This document shows positions 31,156 to 41,461 of a DNA stretch of 64,000 nucleotides, one piece after another. Position 1 is the first letter of the stretch, and every line of letters begins with the position of its first letter. The stretch is from Myxococcota bacterium (GTDB lineage Bacteria > Myxococcota_A > Polyangia > Nannocystales > Nannocystaceae): assembly GCA_039194325.1 (NCBI GenBank), contig JBCCWC010000007.1:32001-96000 (forward strand), written 5' to 3'. The notes under the pieces were generated by a model. It did no database searches. It was not told the origin of the DNA and saw only the letters and a program-made list of their open reading frames with translations. The position numbers and the translations under genes were made by a program.

Positions 31156-32481
31156 ATGAGCGACGCCACCACCACCAAGCTGTTCATTCCCCCCTTGGTC
31201 CGGGGGGCAACACCCGTTGCCACCCCCCTGTCGCCGGTCTACGGCATGAAGATCCTCTACGTGGCCAGAGCGCCTATCGATCTGGTCGAGGCCCATCGCC
31301 GCCACTACCGCCCCGCCGCCGCCGACGAGCGCTCCCAGTCCTCCTTGGTCGACCTGTTCGAGATGTGCGAGCGCCACGACATGAAGATGCACGTGATCTC
31401 CTCGCACCCCACGGCCCAGTACGCTCGCAAGGGACGCTTCGTGCTCGAGCACCGGCCCCGCACCATCACCCGCGGGCTGCGCTACTACGCCGACGACATC
31501 GCCTACGCGCGGCACATGGTCCGGCGAGCCCGGGAGCTCGAGGCCGACGCGGTCGTGGTGGAGTCGGGCACGGTGCACTTCTTCGCGATGTCCCTGCTCA
31601 AGATGGCCGGCTTCAAGGTCATCCCCCTCATCCATCACGCGCTGTGGGCCCCGGGGCACCCCCCCAAGAAGCTGGGGCGCCGGGCGCTGCGGTGGGCCAA
31701 CCGCCGCTTCTTTCGCAAGTCGGCCGACTCGGTGATCTGCGTGTCCCCGGCCTGCGCACGCCAGGTGCGGGCGGAGTCGGGCGACGACCGGCTGCCCGTC
31801 CATCAGATCCGTCTCCAGCTCGACCCGCAGGTGTTCGAGGAGATCGACGTCCCCCCGCCCCACCATCAATCGCCCTTCGGGGTGATCTTCACCGGCCGGG
31901 TCGAGTCCGAGAAGGGCGTGTTCGACATGGTCGAGATGATCGACGCCCTGGAGCACAAGTACCCCGGCCGCCTGCGCTGGACGATCCTGGGCGACGGCTC
32001 GGCGCGTGAGCAGCTGGCGGCGACCCTCGAGGCCCGCGGCCTGGCACACCTGGTAGAGCTGCCGGGCTGGGTCTCCCCGGATCAGATGGCGGCCTACTAC
32101 GCCAAGGCCCACGTGGCGATCGTCCCCACTCGCGCCGAGATCGGCGAGGGCATGGCGATGGCCGCCGTCGAGGCCGTCATCGCGGGGCGCCCCGTCGTGA
32201 CCTCCTCGGTGGTCCCGGCGCTCGAGGTCCTGCGGCCGGCCTGCGTCGAGGCCAAGGTGGACGACGTGTCCAGCTACGTGAGCGCGCTGGAGCGCCTGAT
32301 GAACGACGAGGCGTTCTATAACGACAAGCACGCCGCGTGCTCGACCCTGGGCTGGGAGTTCTTCGACCACCGGCAGGGCTTGGCAGCGATCGTCGAGCAG
32401 GTGCTCACCCGCGACATCGTGCGCAACGACCCGGCGCTCCCAACGAGCGCACAGCGGGCCCTCTGTGCCGCGATCCGGTGA
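31156..32481 (+). CDS. Glycosyltransferase family 4
   Basis: FTGRVESEKG; EGMAMAAVEA (Ex7E). Confidence 0.88.
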   Translation: MSDATTTKLFIPPLVRGATPVATPLSPVYGMKILYVARAPIDLVEAHRRHYRPAAADERSQSSLVDLFEMCERHDMKMHVISSHPTAQYARKGRFVLEHRPRTITRGLRYYADDIAYARHMVRRARELEADAVVVESGTVHFFAMSLLKMAGFKVIPLIHHALWAPGHPPKKLGRRALRWANRRFFRKSADSVICVSPACARQVRAESGDDRLPVHQIRLQLDPQVFEEIDVPPPHHQSPFGVIFTGRVESEKGVFDMVEMIDALEHKYPGRLRWTILGDGSAREQLAATLEARGLAHLVELPGWVSPDQMAAYYAKAHVAIVPTRAEIGEGMAMAAVEAVIAGRPVVTSSVVPALEVLRPACVEAKVDDVSSYVSALERLMNDEAFYNDKHAACSTLGWEFFDHRQGLAAIVEQVLTRDIVRNDPALPTSAQRALCAAIR

Positions 32482-32562
32482 GCGACGGCGTGAGCGACCA
32501 AGCCTCTCGGCGCCCGCGGGTCGACCAGGCCATTCGCCCACGAGCCCGCCCACGAGCGACGA

Positions 32563-33219
32563 TCAGGCCGCCCGGGAACCCGACTTGGCGCCGGAATTGG
32601 CGCTCTTGCGCATCAACTTGCGCACGATCGCGGCGGGCAGCTGATATGCATCGACCGGCTTGGGGCTCTTGACCACCGTGCACGGCGGGACATCTTCGGT
32701 CACGACGCACCCCGCCCCCACGATGGCATGCTCGCCGATCGTCACCCCGGCCAGGATCGTCACCCCGGCCCCAATCGCCGCCCCCTGCTTGATCGTGGTG
32801 GGCTTGGCGTGCTTGGGGACCATCGAGGCGATCGGCCGCAGGGGGTGCGCATCGAAGTTGAGGTGCGTGAGGATCGTGGTGCGCATACCGATGCCCGCCC
32901 CATCTTCGATGGTGATCGCCTCGGTCAGATCGAAGAAGACCTCCTTGCCGATGTGGCAGTGCGCGCCGATCTTCAGGTTGGAGTAGTCGGTCGGAGCCTC
33001 GTGGACTGTGATCCACGGACCTATCGGCTGACAGTCGGGATGGATGTCAGCGCCGTAGCGTGAAAGCGTCTCGCGGGTGATGGTGGGCGATGCACACTGC
33101 TTGAGATAGCCCGTGACCGCGCCGAGCCCTCCGTGCGCGTAGAGCAACCGAACATCAGGGAACTGCACCAGGGCGTGGAGCCGCATTTTGAGGTACTCGG
33201 AGATCTTGCGCCGGATCAT
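32563..33219 (-). CDS. Hexapeptide-repeat acyltransferase
   Basis: IGAHCHIG, IGAGVTILAGVTIGEHAIVGAGCVVTEDVP. Confidence 0.88.
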   Translation of the reverse strand: MIRRKISEYLKMRLHALVQFPDVRLLYAHGGLGAVTGYLKQCASPTITRETLSRYGADIHPDCQPIGPWITVHEAPTDYSNLKIGAHCHIGKEVFFDLTEAITIEDGAGIGMRTTILTHLNFDAHPLRPIASMVPKHAKPTTIKQGAAIGAGVTILAGVTIGEHAIVGAGCVVTEDVPPCTVVKSPKPVDAYQLPAAIVRKLMRKSANSGAKSGSRAA

Positions 33220-33994
33220 GGGGGGAACTCCTATGGAGGAAAACGGTGGGGGGCAGGCCCAGGGAATTCCTCGGCCAGGAGTGCAGTCCTAGTCGATTTT
33301 TTTTCAGCGTCTGGCAAAAAAAAACGCTCGCGCCGCCAGCGCTCCTCCTGATCACCCACACACGAGCACAGAGCGGTCTTGGTGCCGAATCAACTCTCTT
33401 ATGAGGATGATCATGCGACGATGATTCGAATGTCCGGAAAACCCTACACCCACTTTGCGTAGCAAGCGCTTTGCCGACCGTGGGATCTGCTCTCATGGAA
33501 CGTGGGCTCTCGGGCCGGTCAGGGAAAACCTTCTGTCCGGGTCGCCGAACCGCGGCCCATGGTCCGGCAATCGACATCGTGTCGCAACGACCCGGCGCTC
33601 CTCAAGAGCCCGCCTTGGGACCACTGGGTCCGCGGACCGCCAAGAGTCTCGGTTCGTGGTGTTCCCCCTTTCCGCCGATGACCTGCGGCCGAGATCGATA
33701 GCCTGATGCCTTCGATCAATGAAGCGGTCACCGTGACTTCTCGTGACACTCGTCATGCCCAGGCCGGCTAGCCGGGCAGCAAGTCATGGGTTCACGGAGA
33801 ATAGGGCGAGGCCGGCGAGGCCGACTTCGGGCCACACTTCACTTTAGGGCCATTGAGTGGGTGAAGCTCTTGCCCTCGACAACCGAGCCAACGCTGCGAA
33901 TGCTGAGATCGACCCTTACTAATCTTCATCATACTCGATGAGGGACTTCCCGTATCGAGACAGGGACATCACGGCTGCTAGATTGATCGTTGAT

Positions 33995-35389
33995 ATGGAA
34001 CATCGTGGATCGACTCATCTTCGAACGCCGCCCAAGGCGCCCGGTGTGCCCATTGTGGGCTCCCTGCCGAATTTGCTGCTCAGCCGCTTCGAATTCTTCG
34101 ACCGTGCTCGAGACCAGTGCGGGAGGATCTTCAACGTCGACCTGGGCATCAACGAATTGACGATCGTCGGCGACCCCGTCGCCGCCGAGGCGATCTTGGT
34201 CCAGCGCTCGCGGAATTTCGACAAAGGAGGGGAGTTTTGGGAGGGCGCCCGGGAGACAGTGGGCAACGGGCTCGCGCTGAGCGAGGGCGACTACTGGCGG
34301 CGACAACGTCGGATCATGAACCCAGAATTTCGCCGGAAGCGGATCGCCGGCCTCGCGGCCACGATCGCCGCGACCGTCGAAGAGCTTCTCCCCGAGCTCG
34401 AGCCATACGCAGCGCGTGGCGAGACCATGGACATCTCTCCGTGGGCCTGCAAGTTGCTGGCAACGCTGACCGTGCGGCTGCTATTCGGGTCCGAGCTCGA
34501 AGAGGCGACCTTCGTCGCGTTCAAGGATGCGCTGCGGGTCATGCTCGATGGGATCTTGTCGGGGATCCTCACCCGCAAGCTCCCGAGCTGGGTGCCGGTC
34601 CCGGGCGCCGCCCGCTTCGAGGCCGCCCGGCGGACCGTCGACGAGATCGTGCTCGAGCTCATCGCCGAGCGCCGCGCGGCTGGCAGCACGGGCCATGATC
34701 TGCTGAGCTTGCTGCTCGCCGCGACCGATGGCGAAGGCGGGATGTCCGATCAGCAGCTACGCGACGAAGTCGTCCTGACGTACATCGCCGGCTACGAGAC
34801 GACCGCGTGGACGCTCGCGTGGGCGCTGATGCTGCTCGCCTGCGAGCCTGCGCTCGTGAGCGAGCTCCATGCCGAACTCGACGAGCACGACGACTTCACG
34901 ACGATCCCGCTGCTCGACGCCTGCATACGCGAGACCCTACGCCTCTATCCCTCGGCGCCGATGCTCCCTCGCCGGGCGCTCGTCGACGAGGAACTCGGTG
35001 GCTATCGGATCCCCGCCGGGACGAACCTCATCGTGTTGCCTTGGCTCATCCATCGCGATCCGGAGATCTGGCCCGCCCCCAAGCGCTTCGACCCGCGCCG
35101 TCACCTCGAACAGACCGCCCGGCCGCGCCTGGCGTGGATGCCCTTTGGCGCGGGTCAGCGCACCTGCATTGGCAAGGGCCTGGCCATGATGGAAGCCAAC
35201 ATGACGCTGAGCATGTTCCTACGCCGCTTCACGCCGCTCCCGGCTTCGGGGCGCCAACGCTCGGAGCCTCGGCTAGCGTCGACCTTGTCGTCGCGCAACG
35301 GGATCTGGCTTCGCCTGGCATCACGCACCGCGACCTATCGAGACGACGCTCGAAGCCTCGAGTCGGCGCAGGCGCCCGCCACTCGATGA
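33995..35389 (+). CDS. Cytochrome P450
   Basis: AGYETT, ETLR, FDPRR, FGAGQRTCIG. Confidence 0.95.
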   Translation: MEHRGSTHLRTPPKAPGVPIVGSLPNLLLSRFEFFDRARDQCGRIFNVDLGINELTIVGDPVAAEAILVQRSRNFDKGGEFWEGARETVGNGLALSEGDYWRRQRRIMNPEFRRKRIAGLAATIAATVEELLPELEPYAARGETMDISPWACKLLATLTVRLLFGSELEEATFVAFKDALRVMLDGILSGILTRKLPSWVPVPGAARFEAARRTVDEIVLELIAERRAAGSTGHDLLSLLLAATDGEGGMSDQQLRDEVVLTYIAGYETTAWTLAWALMLLACEPALVSELHAELDEHDDFTTIPLLDACIRETLRLYPSAPMLPRRALVDEELGGYRIPAGTNLIVLPWLIHRDPEIWPAPKRFDPRRHLEQTARPRLAWMPFGAGQRTCIGKGLAMMEANMTLSMFLRRFTPLPASGRQRSEPRLASTLSSRNGIWLRLASRTATYRDDARSLESAQAPATR

Positions 35390-35416
35390 CCGGGAGGCAC
35401 GCGTTCGTTCGCTGCT

Positions 35417-36454
35417 ATGCTGGCGCTCGTGCCCGAGCCCGACCGCGCGGCGCCCAACCTGGAGACCAGCCTGGAGACCAGCCTGGAGACCAGCCTGGAG
35501 ACCCTGGTGCTCTCGGCCACCGGCGCACGCGCGATCGTGGACACGCAGATCGTCCAGCGCTTGTGGAGCGGCTATGGGCAGATCGTACGGTGCTGGCTCG
35601 AAGGTGGCGCTCGACCCAGCGTAATCGTCAAGCACGTGCGCTGGCCCGATGAGCGCCGTCACCCCTACGGCTGGAGCTCCGATCGCTCTCACGAGCGCAA
35701 GCTGCGGTCCTATCGGGTCGAGACGACGTGGTACGAGCGCTACGCCACGCGATGCACCGATGCGTGTCGCGTGCCGCACTGCCTGGCCGTCACCACCCGG
35801 GCCGACGAGGTCTTCATGGTCTTGGAGGATCTCGACGCCGCCGGTTTTCCCGGCCGACGCCAGCAGGTGAGCCACGCGCAGCTCGATGCTTGCCTCTCGT
35901 GGATCGCCAGCTTTCACGCCACCTTCATGGGCGAGCGCCCCGAGGGCCTGTGGGCCACCGGCACCTACTGGCACCTGGCCACCCGCCCCGACGAGCTCGA
36001 GGCTCTCGAGGACGGGCCGCTCAAGGCGGCCGCGGGGATGCTCGATCGCCGGCTCGCACAAAGCCCCTTCCAGACCTTCGTCCACGGCGACGCCAAGCTG
36101 GCCAACTTTTGCTTCGACACGGGCGGACGCCGAGCCGCCGCGGTCGACTTTCAGTATGTCGGGGGTGGCTGCGGCATGAAGGACGTCGCCTACTTCATCA
36201 GCAGCTGCCTCGACGAGCAGGACAGCGAGCGCATGGAGCAGGAACTGCTCGATCTATACTTTCGGCGGCTGCGCGACGCGCTAGAGCGCGGGGGCCAGGC
36301 GCTCGACGTGCGAGCGCTAGAGGACGACTGGCGGGCGCTCTACCCCGTGGCCTGGACCGATTTCTTTCGCTTCTTGCAAGGATGGAGCCCGGGTCACTGG
36401 AAGATCCACCGGTACAGCCAGCGGCTCGCCCGCGAGGTCTTGGAGGCGCTATGA
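35417..36454 (+). CDS. APH/choline/ecdysteroid kinase-like phosphotransferase
   Basis: [25 protein letters not shown]. Confidence 0.85.
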   Translation: MLALVPEPDRAAPNLETSLETSLETSLETLVLSATGARAIVDTQIVQRLWSGYGQIVRCWLEGGARPSVIVKHVRWPDERRHPYGWSSDRSHERKLRSYRVETTWYERYATRCTDACRVPHCLAVTTRADEVFMVLEDLDAAGFPGRRQQVSHAQLDACLSWIASFHATFMGERPEGLWATGTYWHLATRPDELEALEDGPLKAAAGMLDRRLAQSPFQTFVHGDAKLANFCFDTGGRRAAAVDFQYVGGGCGMKDVAYFISSCLDEQDSERMEQELLDLYFRRLRDALERGGQALDVRALEDDWRALYPVAWTDFFRFLQGWSPGHWKIHRYSQRLAREVLEAL

Positions 36455-37329
36455 CGCTCTCACCCGACCATCTACGGCATCTGGCCGATCTCGCCATCGA
36501 GGCCGCCGAGACGGCCGGGCGCATGATCGCCAGCTCGCGGCCCCAGCAGGTCGAGCGCAAGGCCGGGGCGCTGAGCCTCGCGTCTGCGGTGGTGACCGAG
36601 ATCGATCGGCGCAGCCAGGCACTGATCCTCGAGCTCCTCACGCCCACTCTCGGGCGCTTCGAGCTCGGCCTGCTCACCGAGGAACAAGAGGACGACCGTA
36701 GCCGCCTGGAGGCCGACTACTTTTGGTGCATCGATCCTCTCGACGGCACCCTGCCGTTCATCGAGTCGTCGCCCGGCTACGCGGTCTCGATCGCGCTGGT
36801 CGCCCGCGATGGCACCCCCCAGATCGGCGTGGTCTACGATCCCGTCGAGGCCATGCTGCTGCATGCGATCGCAGGGCTCGGGGTGTTCCGCAACCGCGAC
36901 CGCTGGTCGCCCTCCCTGTCGCCCCACCAGCCCGATCCACTCTTGGTGTTTGCCGACCGCAGCTTCATGGAGCGAGACGATCACGATCGCCTCGTCGCGG
37001 CGCTGGAGCAGATCGCCCGCGACATGGGCCTCGCCGACCTACGCATTCAGGCGACCGGTGGTGCGGTGATGAACGCCTGTCGGGTGCTCGCCCATCCGCC
37101 GGCTTGCTACTTCAAGTTTCCCAAGCCGACCGGCGGCGGCAGCCTGTGGGATTTCGCGGCTACCGCGTGCCTCTTCCATGAGGCCGGCGCCATCGCCACC
37201 GACATCGACGGCGGTCCCCTCGACCTGAACCGAGCGGACTCCACCTTCATGAGTCATCGCGGAGTTCTGTTCGCCACCAATGGCGCTCTGGCGCGGCGGA
37301 TCCGGGCGCTACGCCCTGGTGCGGATTGA
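36451..37329 (+). CDS. Inositol monophosphatase/CysQ family protein
   Basis: [22 protein letters not shown] overlap with upstream gene. Confidence 0.9.
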   Translation: MTLSPDHLRHLADLAIEAAETAGRMIASSRPQQVERKAGALSLASAVVTEIDRRSQALILELLTPTLGRFELGLLTEEQEDDRSRLEADYFWCIDPLDGTLPFIESSPGYAVSIALVARDGTPQIGVVYDPVEAMLLHAIAGLGVFRNRDRWSPSLSPHQPDPLLVFADRSFMERDDHDRLVAALEQIARDMGLADLRIQATGGAVMNACRVLAHPPACYFKFPKPTGGGSLWDFAATACLFHEAGAIATDIDGGPLDLNRADSTFMSHRGVLFATNGALARRIRALRPGAD

Positions 37330-37404
37330 CGACCGCCCGCGACGACCCGTCGCGACTCATGTGGCTTGACACCCCGGGCCACCGCCGCGAATGATCCAGC
37401 GCCG

Positions 37405-38601
37405 ATGCCCACCGAAGAACGGTCCGCGTCCTTTCACTTCGATCCTCCGCAGCGCGTATTGCTGGGCCCCGGCCCTAGCGATGTGCCCGCCCGGGTGCTC
37501 AGCGCGCTCGCTCGGCCTACCGTGGGCTATCTCGACCCGAGCTACACGGGATTGCTCGAGCAGCTGCAGGTACAGATGCGCCGGCTGTTTCGCGTGGACT
37601 ACCCGCACACCTTGGCCATGACCGGGGCGGGCACCGCAGCCATGGAGGCGGCGCTCTATAACGTGCTCGAGCCCGGCGACCGCGTGGTGGCTGGGGTTCA
37701 CGGGTACTTTGGCGACCGGATGCGGCAGGTCGCCGAGCGGGCGGGCGCCGAGGTCCACGTGGTGGAGGCTCCCTGGGGCGAGCCAACCTCCGCCGCCGCG
37801 ATCCGGGCCGCGCTCGAGGCCAAGGGAGGCGCTCGGGTGGTCTGCGTGCCGCACGGCGAGACCTCCACCGGGGTGTGCCAGCCCATTGCCGAGCTGGCCA
37901 AGGCCGCCCATGATCACGGGGCGCTGATGGTGGTCGACACCGTCGCGTCGCTGGGCGGGGCCGATTTCGACGCGCAGGGCTGGGGGGTCGACGTGGCGTA
38001 CACCGGGTCACAAAAGTGCATCAGCGCCCCGCCGGGGTTGTCACCGATCACCTTCAGTCCCCGCGCCATGGACGTGGTGCACGCACGCAAGACGCCGTGC
38101 GCCAGCTGGTACCTCGACCTGCTGCCCAACCTCACCATGTGGGAGCGTCCGCACAAGTACCACCACACCGGGTCGATCAACCTCGCCTACGCCCTGCACG
38201 AAGCACTGTGCATCATCGACGAGGAAGGCCTGGCCAACCGGGTGGCCCGCACCGCCACCACCGCGCGCGCCTTGTGGGCTGGCCTCGAAGGACTGGGGAT
38301 CTCGCTGCTGGTCGCGCCCGAGCACCGGCTACCCACCCTCACCTCGGCGCGCGTGCCCGAGGGGATCGACGAGGCGCGCGTACGCGCCGACCTGATGGGT
38401 CACTACGGCGTGGAGATCGCCGGCGGCCTCGGCCCGCTGGCGGGCAAGATCTGGCGGATCGGCCTGATGGGCGCGTCGTGCTCGCGACGCAACGTGATGC
38501 TGCTGCTCACCGCGCTCGAGGAAGCCCTGCGGACGCAAGGGCACTCGGTGACCGCCGGCGCGGGCACGGCCGCGGCCAGTGAGGTGTTCGAGGCGGGCTG
38601 A
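37405..38601 (+). CDS. Alanine-glyoxylate/serine-pyruvate aminotransferase (class V PLP)
   Basis: [33 protein letters not shown]. Confidence 0.92.
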   Translation: MPTEERSASFHFDPPQRVLLGPGPSDVPARVLSALARPTVGYLDPSYTGLLEQLQVQMRRLFRVDYPHTLAMTGAGTAAMEAALYNVLEPGDRVVAGVHGYFGDRMRQVAERAGAEVHVVEAPWGEPTSAAAIRAALEAKGGARVVCVPHGETSTGVCQPIAELAKAAHDHGALMVVDTVASLGGADFDAQGWGVDVAYTGSQKCISAPPGLSPITFSPRAMDVVHARKTPCASWYLDLLPNLTMWERPHKYHHTGSINLAYALHEALCIIDEEGLANRVARTATTARALWAGLEGLGISLLVAPEHRLPTLTSARVPEGIDEARVRADLMGHYGVEIAGGLGPLAGKIWRIGLMGASCSRRNVMLLLTALEEALRTQGHSVTAGAGTAAASEVFEAG

Positions 38602-38699
38602 GGGGCGGGCGAGCGTTCCTGCAAATGGCTCCGCGATGGGTGGTCCAAAGCGGATCTACCTGCGGGACTGCATACCGTGGAGCGGCATGACGCGGGCGC

Positions 38700-39176
38700 C
38701 TATGATTCGAGGCAGGTGAACCCGGGAGGTGCTCCGTTGTCCCAGTTCCCCCTCGACCAATAGATGTCCTTGAGCCATTCGCCGGTCTCGTAGTATTCGA
38801 GGCACTCGTCGTCGACGAAGTCATAGTTGGCCGCGAGCCGCTTGCACTCTTCGTAAGCGAGCTCGTTATACTCTTCTTTGAGGGTTCCTGCCTCTGGCCA
38901 GCCACGCCGCGACAGCCGCTCGCCCAGGCTGTCGTACTCCTCCTCGGTCAGGCACAGACACACGGTACCAGTGCGGTTGTTCTCTTGGTCCAGGATCAAT
39001 GAGCGTCTTTCGTCCGCGTAAAAACCGCGAGGGTTGATGAGCCAAAGACATGCGGGCTCACCGTACCCCTCGAGCTCATCGCCGACCACTCGGTCTTGGC
39101 ACGAGCAACTCATCCCGGCGAGAGTCGTCGCCGCCAGTCCGACTACGGCACGAAGAAATAGTGGAAGTCCAGCCAT
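38700..39176 (-). CDS. Hypothetical Cys-rich lipoprotein
   Basis: Hydrophobic N-terminus ending in SC; CxC...EC pattern. Confidence 0.65.
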   Translation of the reverse strand: MAGLPLFLRAVVGLAATTLAGMSCSCQDRVVGDELEGYGEPACLWLINPRGFYADERRSLILDQENNRTGTVCLCLTEEEYDSLGERLSRRGWPEAGTLKEEYNELAYEECKRLAANYDFVDDECLEYYETGEWLKDIYWSRGNWDNGAPPGFTCLES

Positions 39177-40165
39177 TGCGTTCCTCGCATCACCCGCACA
39201 TCGAGTTTAGTCTCACTGGCGCTCTGGGCGTAGACGTGTAGGGCAGCCTCCAGGTCGTCGATGACCGTGCCGTCCACCGATTCGAGTCGGTCACCGGTAC
39301 GAAGTCCCAGCGTATAGGCGACCGAGCCGGGCTCGACGTCGATGAATACGTGCCGCCGTGCCGCTCTATCGTAGACGAGCCGGGGACTTTCGCTGAGCAG
39401 CGGCATGGGATCATCGTAGAGCATCTTCGCAAACGCTCGGTCGATCTCGCAAATCGTCCCCTCACAGGACACGAACAAGGGCGCATCCAGACCTATGGCT
39501 CCGGCGGAGGTGTCAACGGAACCTGACTCGTCGCCCGTAGAATCGGCACCTCCAAACCCACCGGTCGTCTCACACAATCCGCCGTCGTCGCCGGTCGCAC
39601 ACTCGTAGGGGTTGAGATCGGGGCACGAACCACCCGATGGCGGACCCCCATACTCGCAGCTTCCGATGCACGACCCAGATCCGGCAAAGTTATGACCCTC
39701 CACAACTGATGCATTTGGTCCGTTGGTCTGCCAACAGTTGTGATTGTAGCCCGGAAGAACGAGCGACTGACACTCCTGCCGCGCCGCGTTCTCGATTGCA
39801 TCGAGCAGCGCCTCGAGCTTGCACGCAGGTGCATCGTCCTCGAGAATCTGATTCTCGGCGTCGTTGAAGCAGCGACAGCCTTGCGGCGTCGCGCCGTCGG
39901 CATCGACGACGGGCTCCGCGTTTTCGATGCTCCCGTCCGAAGGCCACTGTAGCGCGTTGGCGAGGTTGCGGCACCAGTCGTGGCCAGGGGTGTTCACCCT
40001 GATACAGGTGTCATGGTAGATGCACCCGCTCTGGCCAGGCGCGAGGACAGCTGCTAGCAGTCCAAGGGCGACCCCACCCCCACTGATCAGCCACAGACCG
40101 CGTAAACCCATTGGTTGCGACTCGGCACCGGCCCGAGAGCGAGGTACTGATCTATGACGATCCAT
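39143..40165 (-). CDS. Cys-rich exported protein with C-terminal PDZ-like domain
   Basis: VEPGSVAYTLGLRTGDRLESVDG PDZ signature. Confidence 0.7.
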   Translation of the reverse strand: MDRHRSVPRSRAGAESQPMGLRGLWLISGGGVALGLLAAVLAPGQSGCIYHDTCIRVNTPGHDWCRNLANALQWPSDGSIENAEPVVDADGATPQGCRCFNDAENQILEDDAPACKLEALLDAIENAARQECQSLVLPGYNHNCWQTNGPNASVVEGHNFAGSGSCIGSCEYGGPPSGGSCPDLNPYECATGDDGGLCETTGGFGGADSTGDESGSVDTSAGAIGLDAPLFVSCEGTICEIDRAFAKMLYDDPMPLLSESPRLVYDRAARRHVFIDVEPGSVAYTLGLRTGDRLESVDGTVIDDLEAALHVYAQSASETKLDVRVMRGTQWLDFHYFFVP

Positions 40166-40521
40166 GGCGAGAGGCGAAGGATAGCATTGCTGAACGTCAA
40201 TGGTACGTTAGTGGCGGCAAAAACGAGGTCCCCGAGCCGAATTCCGGAAGCCCTGCCCATCGAGGCCCCGGTGAGCGTCCCGCACCCGGTCATCGCCCTG
40301 GACGCTCAACGAACTCGGTGACGCCTACGGCCCGGGCATCTAGGGCAGCAACCTTGACCCAGACCTCGAACGCGCCGAACTTCAGTGGGCTCCCCGGCCG
40401 ACGCAGCATCTGAGCCCAGGACCCCAAGCGCATCGAGTATCTCGACGCACGCTCGCGAAGCGCCTAACTGCTAGACTACACGCCAATTCCTCTCGATTCA
40501 AACCAGTCGAGATACCGTTAT

Positions 40522-40596
40522 TGGTCGGCGTGGCAGGAATCGAACCTGCGATCTCTTGTACCCAAAACAAGTGCCCTACCGCTGGGCTACACGCCG
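40522..40596 (-). tRNA. tRNA-Pro(TGG), CCA encoded
   Basis: Cloverleaf CGGCGTG/CACGCCG, anticodon arm CTTGT-TTTGGGT-ACAAG, TTCGA loop, A73. Confidence 0.93.
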
Positions 40597-40608
40597 ATGT
40601 TCACGTAG

Positions 40609-40681
40609 TCGGTGAGGCGGGACTCGAACCCGCGATCTCCTGTATCCGAAACAGGTACCCTAGCCGCTGGACCACTCACCG
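40609..40681 (-). tRNA. tRNA-Pro(CGG), atypical A37, no encoded CCA
   Basis: CGGTGAG/CTCACCG, arm CCTGT-TTCGGAT-ACAGG. Confidence 0.85.
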
Positions 40682-40727
40682 ATTTATTCAATTCAATCTA
40701 TGCTTGTTTTGCTCTGTCGTGCTTGAG

Positions 40728-40799
40728 TCGGCGTGGCAGGAATCGAACCTGCGATCTCTTGCTCCCCGAGCAAGCGCCCTACCGCTGGGCTACACGCCG
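40728..40799 (-). tRNA. tRNA-Pro(GGG), atypical C33, no encoded CCA
   Basis: Same body as the TGG copy; arm CTTGC-TCGGGGA-GCAAG. Confidence 0.82.
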
Positions 40800-40811
40800 A
40801 TGTTCACGTAG

Positions 40812-40884
40812 TCGGTGAGGCGGGACTCGAACCCGCGATCTCCTGTATCCGAAACAGGTACCCTAGCCGCTGGACCACTCACCG
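40812..40884 (-). tRNA. tRNA-Pro(CGG), identical to 40609-40681
   Basis: Exact duplicate at a 203-bp period. Confidence 0.85.
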
Positions 40885-40891
40885 ATATCTG

Positions 40892-41229
40892 GGCTCGAGC
40901 GGCGAGCCTCGAGAGCACCTGCGCACCTGCGACCCTCGGCCCCGGCGTCGCGCGTCCCCATGGGGGATGCACGACGCCGGAGCCCCGCACGTGGTGAGAC
41001 CCGGCCGACCTGCGAGGCAGCGAGTCGACGACCGAACCGGTCGCGCTCGGCACTCGCTGTGAGTCACCCCGCTCCTGTGGCAACAAAGAGGAGCCGGCGA
41101 TGGGCCTTGGCATTCGACCCGCAATGGACGGAATCACGGTGGATCCGTGCCCGGGTCGGCCTCGCCAGCCTCACCAGATCTTACTGAGACGGCACTACAA
41201 TGCCTCTCGAGGGGTTCGCCTATCGAGCC
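40892..41229. ncRNA. Candidate structured RNA (~340 nt), family not recognised
   Basis: Nested complementary helices: 40892-40915/41204-41229, 40942-40980 hairpin, 40992-40998/41170-41176, 41003-41012/41152-41161, 41017-41025/41052-41060. Confidence 0.45.
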
Positions 41230-41277
41230 ACTTACCGAGGCCACTTACCGAGGCCACTTACCGAGGCCACTTACCGA
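41228..41277. repeat. 13-bp tandem repeat CCACTTACCGAGG x~4
   Basis: Direct reading. Confidence 0.9.
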
Positions 41278-41461
41278 TCCAACTGATCGGTTGCGCCCAC
41301 CGGTGGGGTAGGCGCGACCACGGGCAGTGCTGGATCGCTGCAACCGCCCCGCAAGCGCAGGCTGTCGCGCAGATCCAGAGTCTGTCGCTTCGTGGTCATG
41401 ATGGATTGCTATGAGCCATGCCAGGCACCTCGTCAAGCGGAAAGTTCGACCCGATGACGAG

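Noticed and set aside
29551..38601. A single biosynthetic cluster (FAD enzyme, GT4, acyltransferase, P450, kinase, IMPase, aminotransferase)
   Set aside because: No scaffold synthase, mixed orientation and long gaps; more likely unrelated neighbours
38600..40521. Integrative element or prophage at tRNA-Pro
   Set aside because: No integrase, phage genes or duplicated tRNA 3' end (att) seen
40892..41229. RNase P RNA, tmRNA, SRP RNA or T-box
   Set aside because: Their diagnostic motifs were not found on either strand
41407..41423. Sigma-54 promoter for the tRNA array (TGGCATGGCTCATAGCA on - strand)
   Set aside because: GG-to-GC spacing is one base off the strict -24/-12 consensus
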